Program-made: the position numbers and the translations under genes
In this document: one piece after another, positions 45,621 to 59,852 of the stretch
How positions within the stretch are numbered: the stretch's first letter is position 1
Layout of the letters: each line of letters begins with the position of its first letter
Source of the DNA: Thermoanaerobaculia bacterium
GTDB lineage: Bacteria; Acidobacteriota; Thermoanaerobaculia; Multivoradales; Multivoraceae
Assembly: GCA_963666565.1 (NCBI GenBank)
Contig: OY762911.1
Span: 3,808,001-3,872,000, forward strand
Length of the DNA: 64,000 nt
Direction of reading: 5' to 3'
The notes under the pieces: model-generated
The model's database searches: none
Told to the model about the DNA's origin: nothing
Seen by the model: only the letters and a program-made list of their open reading frames with translations

Positions 45621-47402
45621 TCAGGCCGGCGTCCCTCTCTCCAGGCTCTGCAGCAACCAGTACCGCCGGTACAACTCGTTCGCCTCGTACAGCTCCTCGT
45701 GGCTGCCGGCGGCCACCAGCCGGCCCCGGTCGAGCACATGGATGCGCCGGGCCCGGCGCGCGGTGGCCAGGCGGTGGGCGATGACGATCGTCGTCCGGCC
45801 CTCGAGCAACTGCTCGATCGCCCGCTGGACAGTCGCCTCCGAGTCCGGGTCGAGGGCGCTCGTCGCCTCGTCGAGAAGCAGGATCCGCGGGTCGCGCAGG
45901 AACGCCCGCGCGATCGCGATCCGCTGGCGCTGACCCGCCGAGAGCCGCACGCCGCGCTCGCCCACTTCCGTGGCGAACCCCGCGTCCAGGCGTTCGATGA
46001 ACGAGACCGCGCCCGCCGCTTCCGCGGCCGCCCGGACCTCGTCGTCCCCGGCGCCGGGCCGGGCGAGGCGGATGTTCTCCGCCACCGAACCCGAGAACAG
46101 GAAGATGTCCTGCGGCACCAGCGCGATCCGGCGCCGCAGATCGGCCAGCGCGACGTCCGCCAGAGGCCGGCCGTCGATGAGCAGTTCGCCGTTCTGGGGC
46201 TCGTAGAACCGGAGCAGGAGCGAGAAGAGAGTGCTCTTGCCGGATCCGCTCGGCCCGACGAGCGCGGCCAACTCGCCCGGCGCCACCTCCAGCGACACCT
46301 CGGCCAGCGCGGGCTGCTCGGCGCCCTCGTACCGGAAGCCGACCGCACGGGCGCTGATCCGGGCCGCGTCCCCGGCCAGGCGCACCGGCGACGGCGGATC
46401 GGCGATCGCCGACCCCTCGTCGAGCAGTTGAAAGACCCGCTCGCTCGATCCCCGAAGTCTGCGATAGCCGGCATAGAGAGCGCCCAACTGCCCGACCGAA
46501 GTCGCGATCGCGAACGTGTAGAGCAGGAAGGAGGTCAACTGGCCGGCCGTCAACGCCCCCTCGAGCATGAGGCGCCCGCCGAACCCGAGCACGAGGGCAA
46601 AGGAGGTGAAGCCGACGAAGGTCATCAGCCCCCCGAAGGCCCCGTACAGGCGCACGTTGCGGAGCTGGACGGCAAGTAAATCGACCAGTCGCTCGCGGTA
46701 GCGGCCACGCGCCCGGTTCTCGGCGGAGAACGCCTGCAGGGTGCGGACGCCGGAGAGGGCTTCTTCGGCCCAGGCGGACGTCTCGGCCACCGCGTCGCGC
46801 TCCTCGACCGCGACCCGTTCCAGCCGCCGGCCGAAGACGAGCGCGAACACCACGACGGGTGGAACGATCAGCAGGGCCACCACGGTCAACCGGGTCTGGA
46901 GAACGAGCAGGATGACCAGAACGCCGACGAACCGCACGGCAGCCTGAAGCCCGGAGGGAATCTGCTCGGTCAGAGCCGTCTGCACCACGGTCAGGTCCGA
47001 TCCCATCCGGGAGAGCAGCTCGCCCACGCGACGCCGGTCGAAGAAGTCGATGGACAGGCCGACCAGGTGGCCGAAGAGCCGCCGCCGCAGATCGCGCAGC
47101 AGCCGCGCGCCGGCGGCGCCGAGCAGCCAGGTCTGGAAGTAGCCGAGGACGCCCAGAACCGCGAACAGGGCGATCAACCCGACCACGAGTTCGTCCAGCT
47201 CCCGTACGGACCGGGAAGCCATGGCGGTGTCGACGAACTCCCCCACCCGCATCGGCACCACCAGAAAGACCCCGCTGCCCGCGAGCAGCAGGACTGTCCC
47301 GAGGACAAGCTGCGGCAGGTAGGGCCGGGCCAGTCCGAACAGCCGGCGGAACGAAACCGGCGCTGCGGACCGCTCGTCCGCCTCGCGACTCTTTGCCGTC
47401 AC
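45621..47402 (-). CDS. ABC exporter, fused TM + ATPase (MsbA-like)
   Basis: ABC membrane domain (FFD.RRVGELLSR), GPSGSGKST, LSAGQRQRIAIARA, LDEATSALD, IAHRL. Confidence 0.94.
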   Translation of the reverse strand: MTAKSREADERSAAPVSFRRLFGLARPYLPQLVLGTVLLLAGSGVFLVVPMRVGEFVDTAMASRSVRELDELVVGLIALFAVLGVLGYFQTWLLGAAGARLLRDLRRRLFGHLVGLSIDFFDRRRVGELLSRMGSDLTVVQTALTEQIPSGLQAAVRFVGVLVILLVLQTRLTVVALLIVPPVVVFALVFGRRLERVAVEERDAVAETSAWAEEALSGVRTLQAFSAENRARGRYRERLVDLLAVQLRNVRLYGAFGGLMTFVGFTSFALVLGFGGRLMLEGALTAGQLTSFLLYTFAIATSVGQLGALYAGYRRLRGSSERVFQLLDEGSAIADPPSPVRLAGDAARISARAVGFRYEGAEQPALAEVSLEVAPGELAALVGPSGSGKSTLFSLLLRFYEPQNGELLIDGRPLADVALADLRRRIALVPQDIFLFSGSVAENIRLARPGAGDDEVRAAAEAAGAVSFIERLDAGFATEVGERGVRLSAGQRQRIAIARAFLRDPRILLLDEATSALDPDSEATVQRAIEQLLEGRTTIVIAHRLATARRARRIHVLDRGRLVAAGSHEELYEANELYRRYWLLQSLERGTPA

Positions 47403-48871
47403 CTGCCGACCGTCAGCGTGACGACGAGTTCGGGCCGCTCGGCGTCCGCGACGATCTCGTCGAAGACGCCGGCGTCCATCGACAGCGGAATCTCGAACGC
47501 CACCGAGCCGTGTTCGACCTGTTCGGGAATGTTGCGGCCCACCCGGCCCGCGAGGTCGCCCGAAGCGACCGCGTCGCCGCCGTCCGGCTGGCCGCCCCGG
47601 TGGAGTTCGACGCCGACGTTCACCCGCCGCAGCGCCCGGCCGGTCTGAAGCGCCAGTTCCGCGCGCAGTTCCACCCGGCCGCGGCGTACGCGGCGTTCCA
47701 CCTGCAGGCGCTCGATCGTCACCCCCTCGCAGAGGTACGGCGCGGTGTCGCGCGTGATCCAGGCGTACCCCGCGGGAAGCGACTCGACCGGCCCGAGCGG
47801 CAGCCGCAGCACCATCGGCGACGCCATCGCGATCCGTTCGATCACCGCCGCGTCGTCGGCACGCGCGGAGCCGGGCGTCACCTCGCCCGCGGCGGGCGCC
47901 GGTTCGGGCACGGATACAGCCCGTGCGGACGGTTCAGGCGCGGACGGCTGGGGCTCAACCACCGTCTCGACCGGCACCTCCGCGGGTTCAGCCGCGCGCG
48001 CAACCCGTGCGGGAGCAGCCGGCGTGGCCAGCGCGGGCTTCACGGGCTCGGCCGGCGCCTCGAACGGCGCCTCCGCCGGCGCAGGCGGTTCAGCCTCGGC
48101 CAGCGTCTCGACGGCCGACTCGTCCGGCGCAGGCGGTCTGGAGACCGTTTCGACCGGCTCAGCCGGGCGCGGCGCCGGGCGGCCGGCGGGGACGTAATGC
48201 CCCTCGAAGAACACCGTCGAGGGACGATCGCCGGGTCCGGCCCGCCGGGACGTGCCCGCGATCCGGGCGATCCGCCCGTCCGCCTCCCGGTTCAGCCGTT
48301 CCCGCCAGTTCGCGCTCCGTCCGTCCGCGGAGACGCGCTCGCCGTCGAATGCGAGCCCGTCGCCGTCGACGGCGCCTTGCGAGCGCACGATCGAGCCGCC
48401 GGACGAGACGCTGAATCGCCGCCATGCGTCCTCGGCGGCGTCGAACGAACTGAACGTCCGCCCCGACCTGCCGTCGGCGAAGGACCAGGTTTCCGCGATC
48501 AGGCAGCCGTCCTCCAGCTTCTCCACCCGGCTGCGGCCGACGACCTCGCCACCCGACTCCAGCCGCCATTCGCCGAGCAGGAAGTCCAGCGCCCGCCGCT
48601 CTTCGCTCGACTCGCACCCTTCCGACTCCTGCGCCGCCAGGGGCAGAGCCGCCGCCAGACCGGAACCGCACAGCACCACGAACGCCAGCGGCCAACCTGC
48701 ACGGAGCTGACCGGCGGCCCTGGCCTTCCGCTGGGTGCGCGGGTCTTCCGACCCGCTGCCGCCGAAGGCGGCCTCTTCATCCGGGCTGCACCGCTTCGCG
48801 GCGCCGCCCGTGGGCGGACCGGAAGACCCGCACACCCAGCGGGCAGCCCGCTTCACGCAAACCCGTTCCAT
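47399..48871 (-). CDS. Secreted hypothetical protein: N-terminal beta-rich domain (DFLLGEW), Pro/Ala/Glu linker, C-terminal domain
   Basis: Signal peptide WPLAFVV...LAAQE; ATG 7 nt after the upstream stop; start uncertain because of a repeat insertion. Confidence 0.65.
   Translation of the reverse strand: MERVCVKRAARWVCGSSGPPTGGAAKRCSPDEEAAFGGSGSEDPRTQRKARAAGQLRAGWPLAFVVLCGSGLAAALPLAAQESEGCESSEERRALDFLLGEWRLESGGEVVGRSRVEKLEDGCLIAETWSFADGRSGRTFSSFDAAEDAWRRFSVSSGGSIVRSQGAVDGDGLAFDGERVSADGRSANWRERLNREADGRIARIAGTSRRAGPGDRPSTVFFEGHYVPAGRPAPRPAEPVETVSRPPAPDESAVETLAEAEPPAPAEAPFEAPAEPVKPALATPAAPARVARAAEPAEVPVETVVEPQPSAPEPSARAVSVPEPAPAAGEVTPGSARADDAAVIERIAMASPMVLRLPLGPVESLPAGYAWITRDTAPYLCEGVTIERLQVERRVRRGRVELRAELALQTGRALRRVNVGVELHRGGQPDGGDAVASGDLAGRVGRNIPEQVEHGSVAFEIPLSMDAGVFDEIVADAERPELVVTLTVGR
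48728..48842. repeat. Inverted doublet of family B repeats (REPIN-like)
   Basis: CCGCTGGGTGCGCGGGTCTTCCGACCCGC at 48728-48756 and its near reverse complement at 48814-48842. Confidence 0.8.
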
Positions 48872-48878
48872 GCCGTTC

Positions 48879-50174
48879 TCAGGCGCCCAGGAAGACGATC
48901 TTGAGCACGAACACCGCCGCCAGCACCGCAACCGCCGGTCGCAACTCGCCGAATCGGCCGGCCAGCAGCTTGATCGCCGTGTAGGCGATGAACCCTGCCG
49001 CGATGCCATGGGCGATCGAGTAGCTGAACGGGATGGTGACCGCCAGCACCACGGCCGGCACGTACTCCGTCGCGTCGCTCCAGTCGATCTCGGTCACCGC
49101 GCGCACCATCACGCTGGCGACGAAGAGCAAGGCCGCCGCGGTGGCGAAGGGAGGAATCGTCGCCGCCAGCGGTGACAGGAAGAGAGTGAGCAGGAACAGG
49201 ACGGCGACCGTGACCGCGGTCAACCCGGTCCGGCCGCCAGCCTTCACGCCCGCCCCGCTCTCGATGTAGCTCGTGACCGAAGACGTGCCCAGCACCGCGC
49301 CGAGCGCCGAAGCGCCGGAGTCCACGATCACCGCCTGCTTCAACCGCGGCAGGTTCCCCTCACCGTCGAGCAGGTCGCCTTCCTTGGCGACAGCGATCAG
49401 TGTGCCCGAGGTGTCGAAGAGGTCCGTGAACAGGAAGGCGAAGATGACGCCGAACAGGGTCGCGTCGAACGCGGCGCCGATGTCCAACTGGCCGAACGTC
49501 GGCGCCAGCGAGGGGACCGCCGACACGGCGCCCTGCCAGGTCGCCTCGCCGGCCAGGAGGCCCACCGCGGTTACGGCGAGGATGCCGATCAGCACCGCGC
49601 CGCGCCACCCGCGCGCATCGAGGGCGGCGATCAGCGCCAGGCCCGCGACCGCGAGGACGGCGCTCCAGGACGTGACGTCGCCGAGCCCCACGAGCGTGGC
49701 CTCGTCCGCGACGACCAGGCCGGCGTTCGTCATCGCGATGATCGCCAGGAAGAACCCGATGCCCGCCGCCGTCGCCATCTTGAGCGAGCGCGGGAACGCA
49801 TCGACGATCCAGGTCCTGATCGGCAGCACGGAGATCAGGACGAAGCAGACGCCGGAGATGAACAGTGCCCCAAGCGCGACCTGCCAGTCGTGCCCCATCC
49901 CGAGCACGACGCCGTAGGTGAAGAAGGCGTTGATTCCCATGCCCGGCGCTAGAGCGATCGGGTAGTTCGCGTAGAGCCCCATCGCGGCGCAGGCGATCGC
50001 CGTCGCAAGGCAGGTAGCGACGAAGACGGCCCCCCGGTCCATCCCCGCCTCGCTCAGGATCTGCGGGTTGACGACCGCGATGTACGCCATCGTCAGGTAG
50101 GTCGCGGCGCCGGCCGCGATCTCGCGGCGGGCCGTGGTCCGGTTCGCTTCGAGTTGGAAGATGCGGTTCAGCAA
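48879..50174 (-). CDS. NCS2 family purine permease (AzgA-like)
   Basis: T.RREI.AG..TYLTMAYI.VNP.IL, PIALAPGMG.NAFF, DLFDT.GT, YIES.AG..AGGRTG. Confidence 0.94.
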   Translation of the reverse strand: MLNRIFQLEANRTTARREIAAGAATYLTMAYIAVVNPQILSEAGMDRGAVFVATCLATAIACAAMGLYANYPIALAPGMGINAFFTYGVVLGMGHDWQVALGALFISGVCFVLISVLPIRTWIVDAFPRSLKMATAAGIGFFLAIIAMTNAGLVVADEATLVGLGDVTSWSAVLAVAGLALIAALDARGWRGAVLIGILAVTAVGLLAGEATWQGAVSAVPSLAPTFGQLDIGAAFDATLFGVIFAFLFTDLFDTSGTLIAVAKEGDLLDGEGNLPRLKQAVIVDSGASALGAVLGTSSVTSYIESGAGVKAGGRTGLTAVTVAVLFLLTLFLSPLAATIPPFATAAALLFVASVMVRAVTEIDWSDATEYVPAVVLAVTIPFSYSIAHGIAAGFIAYTAIKLLAGRFGELRPAVAVLAAVFVLKIVFLGA

Positions 50175-50337
50175 GGCGCCTCCGTCCGGCCGGCAGCGAA
50201 CGCCATCGGCCCATCGCCCCGCATCCTAGCCGCTGGAAGCGCCGGCACAGAGTTCTCGGGGCCGAAATCCGTCTTGGTCCTGTAGAGCCCCGGAAACCGT
50301 CCGGGCGACGAAGGACCATGCAACGGGAGTACGAGCC

Positions 50338-50823
50338 ATGCAGAGAGCGGCAGTAGTAGAGTCGGACGCGACGATGACAAGGCAAGCCCTCAGGGACGTC
50401 GGTTTCGACGACAATCAGGCGCAGGCGCTGGTCGACCTGAGCGGCACCGCCGCCGAACGACGCGAACTGAAGGCCGACGTGACCACGCTCAAGGCCGACG
50501 TAGCGGTACTCAAGACCGACGTGACCGAGCTGAAGCACGGCCTCGCCAACTTCCGCACCGAGACGCGGGGCGAGTTCGCAAGACTGGACACCCGGGTCGA
50601 CAGTCTGCGAGACGAAATGAACGCCAGGTTCGGCGGCGTGGACGCGAGGTTCAAGGGCTTGGAAGACCGGATGGACGCCAGATTCGACGGCGTGGACGCG
50701 AGATTCGACGGCATGGAGAGCCGGATGAAGCTCATGCTGTGGATCATGGGAATCGGCGCGACCGTCTACACGGGCACAACGGTCTCCCTGATCTTCCTGC
50801 TCTATCGCGTCGTGGTGGCCTAA
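50338..50823 (+). CDS. Coiled-coil protein with C-terminal TM helix (DUF1640/CCDC90-like)
   Basis: L..VGF...QA.AL; LKADV repeats; ARFDGVDARF repeats; hydrophobic C-terminus. Confidence 0.75.
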   Translation: MQRAAVVESDATMTRQALRDVGFDDNQAQALVDLSGTAAERRELKADVTTLKADVAVLKTDVTELKHGLANFRTETRGEFARLDTRVDSLRDEMNARFGGVDARFKGLEDRMDARFDGVDARFDGMESRMKLMLWIMGIGATVYTGTTVSLIFLLYRVVVA

Positions 50824-51875
50824 GCGCTCGCACCCCCTCTCCGGATCAGTCGGCGGCTCCAGGCGAAGAGTCGGCGGCTCCAGGCGAAGAGTCGGCGGCT
50901 CCAGGCGAGAAGGCCTCGCAGGATCTCGGCCGTCGCGGCCCGGTTCCTGATCAGGTTGCGGACGGTCAGGATCGACAGAAGGATTGCGACCAGCAAGACG
51001 CTCGCGAGGAGCGCGACCAGCAAGATGCTCGCGAGAATCGAGATCGCGACGAGGACGGCGAGCGCCTTCGCCACGAGGCCAACCATGCAGCCACTGGCCC
51101 TTCGCCGGCGGCGCGGTCGGCCATACCGCCGGCCGTCACGCCGGCGGTCGCGCCCGAACCAGCCGAAGCGCAGCCTGTCCAGCGTTCCACGCAGCATCGT
51201 CCTTCGGCCCGTCGGGTCGCGAAGAGCGCGCAGCCGGTCGCGGAGGGTAACGCGGCCCTTGCCAGCGAGGTCGGCCTCGTTCAACTGGTACTGGAAACGG
51301 ATGGACGTCAGGCCGTAGAGAACGCTGACGACGAACATGTAGCTCGCCGACAGGGACGATTCGAGCGCCGTGGACAGGCCGCCAACCAGGATCCCTGCAA
51401 GGATCAACAGTACGCTGCCGTCGAATCGCTTGACGGTCGCCCTGGCTATCCACTCCTCCAGGTCCGTGGCGACTTCCTCGAGGTCGGCGGCCGTCGCGGC
51501 CAGGGCCCGAATCTTCAGAGCGAAACGCTGGGCGGACTCCACCTGCTCGGACCTCGTGAGAACGAAGCCGTCTTCCATCGGCTGCCCCCGGCTGACGGCG
51601 CATGCGCGATAGCAGCGTCCGAGCAGGCTGCCAAAGCCCGCATTTCCGGGCGCCCTCGCGACGCACTCCTCGAGAATCGGCAGGGCCTCTTCCTGCCGGC
51701 CGGCGGCCAGCAGCTCGCTGCCGAGGGTCGCCTGCTCCGCGACGTCTCCGCCGTCCGTCTCCGCCGCAAGCCGCCGGGCCTCGGCCAACGGATTCCCGCC
51801 TTCAGACCCGCCGTGGTCCCGCAAGCGGCGGACATCGAGGCCGGCGCGTTCGCGTCGCTGTCGCTCCGATCTCAA
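50820..51875 (-). CDS. Hypothetical membrane protein with TPR-like N-terminal segment
   Basis: GRQEEALPILEECVARAPGN..LGRCY; 3-4 hydrophobic segments; no family recognised. Confidence 0.5.
   Translation of the reverse strand: MRSERQRRERAGLDVRRLRDHGGSEGGNPLAEARRLAAETDGGDVAEQATLGSELLAAGRQEEALPILEECVARAPGNAGFGSLLGRCYRACAVSRGQPMEDGFVLTRSEQVESAQRFALKIRALAATAADLEEVATDLEEWIARATVKRFDGSVLLILAGILVGGLSTALESSLSASYMFVVSVLYGLTSIRFQYQLNEADLAGKGRVTLRDRLRALRDPTGRRTMLRGTLDRLRFGWFGRDRRRDGRRYGRPRRRRRASGCMVGLVAKALAVLVAISILASILLVALLASVLLVAILLSILTVRNLIRNRAATAEILRGLLAWSRRLFAWSRRLFAWSRRLIRRGGASA
50848..50909. repeat. 21-bp tandem repeat x3 (VNTR)
   Basis: AGTCGGCGGCTCCAGGCGAAG x3, encoding AWSRRL(F) repeats on the minus strand. 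Confidence 0.9.
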
Positions 51876-51972
51876 ACGACTCCGAGGGCGAGGAGCTCTC
51901 TCCTTCCCCCGCTGCGGCCCCTCCTACCGGGTCCGCTCCTGTCGCGTTTCACATGTCGGCGTCGTCCCACCT

Positions 51973-52866
51973 TCAGTCGACTCCGAAAGCGAAGAGCTTG
52001 CCCGAGGCGCCGCCGAAGAATCCGCCGTAGGCACCGACCTCCGAGGCCTGGCCGCTGTAATCGAAGAAGGCGTACTCGCCGGCGCGGAGGGTCTCCGCCT
52101 GGACCTCGCAGACGCCCGGCACCACCTCCTTGTAGTCCACCCGGCGCATCTGCTTCGGCGGCGTGCCTGCGGAACTTCCCCTCCAACTGTTGACCTTGCC
52201 GGTAACGAAGGAGCGCTGCTCCTTTCTCGGCATCGCCTCCAGGACGATCAGCAGAATCTCGGCCGGATTCGCGGCGCCGCTCGTCTGGTTCGGAACACCG
52301 GCCTGTGGCGCCTCGAAGCAGAAGTAGAACGTCGGGTCCCGGTCGGTCGTACGCACCGGCGAACGTTCCCCCCTGACCATCGCCTTCGCCTTGGTCGACT
52401 TCAGACCCCACGTCAGACCCGAGACGAGTCCGCTTCCGGCCTTCGACGAAGTCGGCTGGGTGAGTTCCAGGGCGACCAGGGACTCTCCCTCGAAGAGGAA
52501 GATCCCGGGATACTCGCAGGACGTTCCCTCAAAGTGCGCCGCCCGGCCGGCAGCCGTCGACCCGCTTTCTCCGGACACGCCGTCGGAGCTCGGCGCGGCC
52601 GGAGCATTCGCGCTGACCATCGCCTCCAGAATCTCGGGTGCGATCTCCGCCTCACTCAACGCCAGCAGGGTGTCGACCGAGGTCTCGAAGTCGGTGGAGG
52701 AACTCTGGATCTTGGCGACGATCACGGCTGCAGGCAGTCCGGCCTGCGCCATGCGGACGATGTCGTCGTTGGTCAACACGTCGCCGGCCTCCTGACCGGC
52801 CGCCGGCCACGCAGCGAGGCCGATGAGGAGCAGACCAGCGGGAAGGAGCGAAAAGGTTCTCTTCAT
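51973..52866 (-). CDS. Secreted hypothetical protein
   Basis: AAGGAG RBS and TACAAT -10; signal peptide; LTNDDIV.M..AGL...IVAKI module; ends GEYAF...FAFGVD. Confidence 0.75.
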   Translation of the reverse strand: MKRTFSLLPAGLLLIGLAAWPAAGQEAGDVLTNDDIVRMAQAGLPAAVIVAKIQSSSTDFETSVDTLLALSEAEIAPEILEAMVSANAPAAPSSDGVSGESGSTAAGRAAHFEGTSCEYPGIFLFEGESLVALELTQPTSSKAGSGLVSGLTWGLKSTKAKAMVRGERSPVRTTDRDPTFYFCFEAPQAGVPNQTSGAANPAEILLIVLEAMPRKEQRSFVTGKVNSWRGSSAGTPPKQMRRVDYKEVVPGVCEVQAETLRAGEYAFFDYSGQASEVGAYGGFFGGASGKLFAFGVD

Positions 52867-53018
52867 GACGTCTCCTTGATTGACATGGATGCGGTCATTG
52901 TAAGCGCCCGGTCGAGTGCCGGCCACGACCCAAATGGTACGCTTCGTACGGATGCCGCAGCCACACCGGCTGCGTCACGGCTCGCCTACAGCCGCCGGCG
53001 CTGGCGCAAGATCGCCCG

Positions 53019-57683
<4,665 letters not shown>

Positions 57684-57694
57684 GCCAACCGCCT

Positions 57695-57731
57695 ATTCTA
57701 ACCCGTCGATTGACGGTAAAGCGCCGTCAAT
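57695..57731 (-). promoter_or_regulatory. Candidate -10 (TAGAAT) and inverted-repeat operator upstream of the carboxylase gene
   Basis: ATTGACGG-N7-CCGTCAAT at 57709-57731; TAGAAT on the minus strand at 57700-57695, 11 nt before the ATG. Confidence 0.5.
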
Positions 57732-57780
57732 GTGGAACTTGTCCGCCGCGAGGGCTATTCCGCCGCGGCCCTGACCAGGC

Positions 57781-58704
57781 TCAGTTTCCGCGTTCCTCCG
57801 CCCTGGTCGGGCCGATCTCCTGCAGCGTCGCCAGACTGGGCGCGACCATGACCCGCGCCGCCGTCTCCTCGTAGGCCGCGTACATTTCCGGCAGCTTCTC
57901 CCGCAGCTCCTCTTGGTCGCGGATCGTCCACTCCTCCTCCCACACCGGGCCGTAGGGCGCCTGGAGGTTCCAGGCCGTCGTGATGAACCAGTACGCGAAC
58001 TCCTGCATCTGGACCCGGAACCGGACCTCCCCGTCTTCGATGTCGAGGTACTGGTCGACCTGGTACCAGCCCTCGTCCGCGGCCTTCGCCATCGCCCGCG
58101 CGAGTTCCGAGTCCTCGGCGATGCCCCAGACCTCCGGGAACGTGTAGTGCAGGCCGATGTCCGTCACGTAGTGGAGGATGTGCTCGACCACCTCCATCAC
58201 CTGACCCTCGGGCACGTCCTGCATGATCACGTCGCACACCGAGTTTTCGCGCTCGATCGCCGCCCACCGTTCGTCGGTCTCGTCCATGAAGCTGTAGTCG
58301 AAACCGAGCGGTACCGGAATCAGGGCGTTGTAGCGATAGTGGTTCGCGAGCAGTTCGCGCTGGAGATCCGCGTCGAGCCCGGCGTCCCGCGGGAACGACT
58401 CGGCGATCGTCTTCGCGACAAGGCGCATGTAGTCGTCCGAGATGTCGTCGCGGGCGGCGAGCTTGAGGCCGTACACCTGCAGTTCCTTGCTGAACGGCGG
58501 TATGGCATCCGTGCGCACCACGTCGCCGTGCCGGTACACGTCCTCGGGGACATCGCCGATGGGCGACAGCAGGATGCAGTCGCCGAGGTGGGTGGGTGCG
58601 GTATCGGCTGACGCGACTCCACCGGCATCGGCATCTTCTCGGCCACCGCACGCCACGATCAAGAGCAGCAGCGGCAGGAAAGCGAACGGGAATCGTCTGT
58701 TCAT
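57781..58704 (-). CDS. Hypothetical lipoprotein
   Basis: GGAGG RBS; lipobox IVAC; acidic body with EVVEHILH and QEFAYW. Confidence 0.75.
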   Translation of the reverse strand: MNRRFPFAFLPLLLLIVACGGREDADAGGVASADTAPTHLGDCILLSPIGDVPEDVYRHGDVVRTDAIPPFSKELQVYGLKLAARDDISDDYMRLVAKTIAESFPRDAGLDADLQRELLANHYRYNALIPVPLGFDYSFMDETDERWAAIERENSVCDVIMQDVPEGQVMEVVEHILHYVTDIGLHYTFPEVWGIAEDSELARAMAKAADEGWYQVDQYLDIEDGEVRFRVQMQEFAYWFITTAWNLQAPYGPVWEEEWTIRDQEELREKLPEMYAAYEETAARVMVAPSLATLQEIGPTRAEERGN

Positions 58705-58865
58705 CGGCCACCTCCAGGCAAGAAGGGTGAGTCTACGAGACAACCGGTGGTAGCTTCGCCTCAAGACGACGCATCGGACTGCCGCCCACACCAGGGAAAC
58801 GCCGAGTCCGATCATCTTGACCCCAGGAACGCCTCGTGCGTCCCTGGACCTCTTCGGGGCTCCGC

Positions 58866-59741
58866 ATGCTCGGCAACGATCCGGCTCACGGGCGCCGCCA
58901 CTTCTTACCCCAGATCGTCGGATCCTTCGCCGACCCGGCGGCCGAGAACCCGACCGTCGAGATGGTCGAGGCGGCGTTCCGTCACCATGGCCTGCACTGG
59001 CGCTACCTGAACTGCGAAGTGCCGGCGGACCGGCTGGCGGAGGCGGTGGGCGGCGCCCGCGCGATGGGCTGGGCCGGGTTCAATTGCTCGCTGCCGCACA
59101 AGGTCGCGGTGATCGAGCACCTCGACGGGCTGGGCGAGTCGGCGCGGTTGATCGGGGCGGTCAACTGTGTCGTCCGCGACAGCGACGGCACGTTCATCGG
59201 CGAGAACACGGACGGCAAGGGCTTCCTTCGGTCGCTCGAGCAGGTGACGCCGGCGGCGGGCAAGCGGGTCGCGATCTTCGGGGCCGGCGGCGCCGCGCGG
59301 GCGATCGCGGTCGAACTCGCGCTCGCGGGCGCGGCCGAGATCACGATCGTCAACCGTGCCCTCGAGCGAGGCCAAGGACTGGCACGGCACATCGCTAGCC
59401 ACACGGCAACCCGGGCCCGGTTCGAGCAATGGCGCGGCGCCTACCGACTGGCCGCGGAAGTCGACGTGGCGATCAACGCCACCTCCATCGGCCTGTTCCC
59501 GGACGTGGACGCCGAACTGCCGCTCGACCTCGACTCGCTCCGGCCCGCCATGGTGGTCGCCGACGTCATTCCGAACCCGCCCAGGACCCGCCTGCTCGAC
59601 GCGGCCGCAGCGCGCGGCTGCACCGTGCTCGACGGCCTCGGCATGCTGGTCAACCAGGGAGTGAGCGGGATCCGCTACTGGACCGGAGTCGAGGTGGATG
59701 CCCGCGTCATGCGCGCCCGCCTGGAAGCGATCTTCGGCTGA
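58866..59741 (+). CDS. aroE: Shikimate dehydrogenase family protein
   Basis: GFNCSLPHK, IGAVNC, GENTDGKGF, GAGGAARA, NR, NATSIG, DGLGMLVNQG. Confidence 0.9.
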   Translation: MLGNDPAHGRRHFLPQIVGSFADPAAENPTVEMVEAAFRHHGLHWRYLNCEVPADRLAEAVGGARAMGWAGFNCSLPHKVAVIEHLDGLGESARLIGAVNCVVRDSDGTFIGENTDGKGFLRSLEQVTPAAGKRVAIFGAGGAARAIAVELALAGAAEITIVNRALERGQGLARHIASHTATRARFEQWRGAYRLAAEVDVAINATSIGLFPDVDAELPLDLDSLRPAMVVADVIPNPPRTRLLDAAAARGCTVLDGLGMLVNQGVSGIRYWTGVEVDARVMRARLEAIFG

Positions 59742-59852
59742 AGCCGGTCGAGCGGCACGGCGCCGGAATCAGGACGCCGAACGGGTCATGCGCGCTCGCC
59801 TGGAGGCGATCTTCGGCTGAAGCCGGTCGAGCAGCACCGCGGCGAGAATCAG
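59706..59852. repeat. Imperfect tandem duplication (period 79 bp) at the convergent aroE / permease junction
   Basis: GTCATGCGCGC(C/T)CGCCTGGA(A/G)GCGATCTTCGGCTGAAGCCGGTCGAGC(G/A)GCAC at 59706 and 59785. Confidence 0.85.

Noticed and set aside
50175-50337. Purine riboswitch upstream of the NCS2 permease
   Set aside because: Hairpins exist, but I could not find the conserved three-way-junction and loop-loop nucleotides; an Rfam scan would be needed.
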